The position numbers were made by a program, and so were the translations under genes. Below, in pieces: positions 61,301 through 64,000 of a stretch of DNA of 64,000 nt; the stretch's first letter is position 1; every line of letters starts with the position of its first letter. This stretch comes from Heptranchias perlo (lineage: Eukaryota): positions 71,548,001-71,612,000 of the forward strand of contig NC_090331.1 in assembly GCF_035084215.1 (NCBI RefSeq). Direction: 5' to 3'. The notes under the pieces were generated by a model. It had not been told where the DNA came from. It was given only the letters and a program-made list of their open reading frames with translations, and made no database searches.

Positions 61301-64000
61301 TGCCAATCAAAACTACCACCTCGAATGAAGAACCTCCCTTGACTGCTGTGGGAGCAATGGCAACTACTTTGACTGTTTAACTATAACCCCTGCTGTGTTC
61401 AATGAAGGGAACCTATTCCAACATTATAGGTGTGCATGCACTAGGTGGTGGATGATCCCCATCTCAAACTGATCTGAAATGCGAGAGATGGCATCAATTC
61501 TGAAATGGCTGTTATACCAACTAATTTGCCCTAATTAACATCCCAGATAGCTTGTGTGCTTCTGCAACTTAACCCTTTGTGAACTGAACTTAACTTCATG
61601 ATGATATATTTTAAACCAAAATCCCTTCCAGGCCAAATAAGTGAAAATCTCAAGACATGACGGTGGTCTTGACGGCTGGATTTGTGCTTCAATGCTTTGA
61701 TGACAAGTTGCTAAAACAAAAGAGAAATCTTCCAAAATAGGCTTGCAACTATATGCCTTACACATGAACATTTTTATCTTGAAGTTGTTTGTTCCAGAAT
61801 CAATTTCTGCAGAAACCACAAATCGTCTGGGGAGAAACTTTACTGTGAAGACAATATAAAATCAACAGTCTTCTAATTACTATTTAAAACATTGCAAAAG
61901 ACATGACGGGGGTACAGTGATGTAACTATGTACTACTCATATAACAGTGCACGATATTTCAATCACACTTCATCTGGATCTCTCTTAAAAGGGACACAAG
62001 GTCTGGGAATTTTGTATTGGTGATTTTACACTAATGTTTATGTACTCAATCAATACCTGGTACTATTGGCAGAAAATCTCTCCCTGCATATTCTGTCATT
62101 TTTTATCTTATGGCAACAATATACTAATTTATTTATGTAACCACACACTCAGCATTTTATTGCAGTGTCCATAATGGAAATGTCAAAGGGCAGTCTGAAA
62201 GGTTTGTGTGCAATTTTGTTTTGTTTGTGTGTGTTGAAATCTTTGATACAGATCTCAAGTGTCCTGCTGGAGTTCCATGAGTAAATGAGGGTAAGGCTCA
62301 AGGGCCTTTACAGGTCATTAGCTGTAATAGGTATGGGTTCAGTTATGACTATTGAAGATTAGGTCAGATTCTAGCTGCTCTTAGTGCTGCTGATTGCAGC
62401 AACACCAAACTAAGGGGAAAATCCAGTGGTCATGTTGTTATCACTGTTCCGCCTTCATGTCCAGTTTCCAGCTGCCTTCCACGAGCTCTTTCTTGTGAGA
62501 GGGAAAAACTATAAGCTTAGTGGAAAATAATTCAACCACTACTGTCAAATGGAAAAATTAAGTTACCACCAACAGTAACACACTGTCACCAGTTACTAAT
62601 TGCTTGCCAATTATTAAAAAAAACACAGGTCATGTGTTAAGCAGTTCAGTCAACTTAATGGGTGCATGGAGAATATCAAGCTCCATAAATTTGTGCTTAC
62701 ATAATTCCAAAGAGTCTATGGCTCATCTTGCTGAGGAACAAAATCACAAGTTTATTTTTTTTTTTAAGAAGCAGCTTGTCTCAAGATTGACAAGGGGAAA
62801 TCACAACTAGACTTATCTGACTGGACTTATCATTAGCCTCTTGTTAACTGTCTCCAGACTCCTGGTACTGTAATGTGCTGAACTGCCTAGTGGTATGTAT
62901 GAAAAGGACAGATTGTTCATCTGGTGACCCATTTCATCTCATACTTAACACATCAAGATTAGTTTCAGTTCATAAGAATTGTAAGCTTGCTTATGAAAGT
63001 TGCCTACAACGTTGTGCACAAGTTAGGAGTATTAAGAAAGAGCCTGATTTGCAACAGTCACATTGATTATGAAGGGAGGCAAGATAGTTTTCTTCAGGGC
63101 ATGTCAATGATAAGTGTACCCAGCTACAAAGTTTTCTTCATCACAGGTCCAAATCATATGACAGAGGTTGACCAATTTGAGAATGGGCTTTACATACAAA
63201 CTTTTTTAAAAAGCACTAAAAAAAACACAACAATGTGTAGGAAGTGGATCTCATGGGATGCTGTGACACGCAGGGCTCATAAAATAAGGAGCCTTTGTTT
63301 TCGCCAAATAGAAGTTCCAAGACATCATTCACTTTTATTTAATAATCACTATTTAAAACCTTCACATTACAGATACATGTTTCTGTGACAAAGGATTTAC
63401 AAATCACAAAACATTTTGCCATTTAAAAAAACAAGCCTGACAATTTAATGACAGACTAGCATTGCTATATAATGGGATATCAGAATACACTGTACACTGA
63501 TATGACAGAACATGAACGCTAATTATTTTTTTTTTGCCATTTCTGAACTGTCTCGAGTCTTAGCTGTTTTTACAATTTATACTCACAAAAGAGGAAAAGA
63601 AACTTATGCTGTAATTCATTTTCATTTAGCAGCGTTAAGTCTCACACTATGATGTTAATTCATTCCCTTCAAATCATGCCAAAGACAACTTGTCAATTTT
63701 TGAAAAACAGTGGAGAGTTATGAGTAAAAAGGCTTAAGACAACGATGAATGGCACATGCACAGTTAGAAGTTCCGTGGGGTTGATTACTATTATGAAACT
63801 AAGTATGAAGGCTTCCCACTATGCTGCCAACTGGTGCTACATTAAATCCTGAACATTTGTAGCATGCTAGATTACATACAATTGGCACAAATCTTCACTT
63901 CTGCCATTTTACTGTGGATATCCACAGCATCTTCAGGAATTCAGTACGACTCAAAATCATATGATGTTTGATCACTGAAATTCAGCACTACTACATCATA

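Noticed and set aside
1-64000. CRISPR arrays, operons or prokaryotic defence systems; intact hammerhead ribozyme
   Set aside because: Vertebrate intronic DNA with no repeat-spacer pattern. No complete CTGANGA...GAAA hammerhead core was found in the PLE remnants.

Overview
Eukaryotic DNA, very probably a shark (inferred from SacSINE1/DeuSINE-like SINEs and the CR1, L2, Penelope-like and Harbinger repeat content). No prokaryotic features. The window appears to be almost entirely intronic sequence of one minus-strand host gene, a type I diacylglycerol kinase (best guess DGKG; DGKB is the alternative). Two coding exons are visible, 47903-47969 and 21258-21334, about 26.6 kb apart. They splice in phase to [48 protein letters not shown]. 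The introns hold decayed CR1, L2 and other LINEs (several nested), DeuSINEs sharing the L2 3' tail, Penelope-like remnants and hairpin mini-insertions with target-site duplications, MITEs, and four PIF/Harbinger elements with the two-gene layout (HARBI1-type DDE nuclease plus Myb/SANT protein). The most notable patterns are Harbinger derivatives that lost the nuclease core but kept a spliced Myb/SANT gene, outward-facing splice donors at both ends of one element, and several near-perfect hairpins. Repeat boundaries are approximate unless a TIR or TSD is quoted. All family assignments come from recalled motifs, not database searches.
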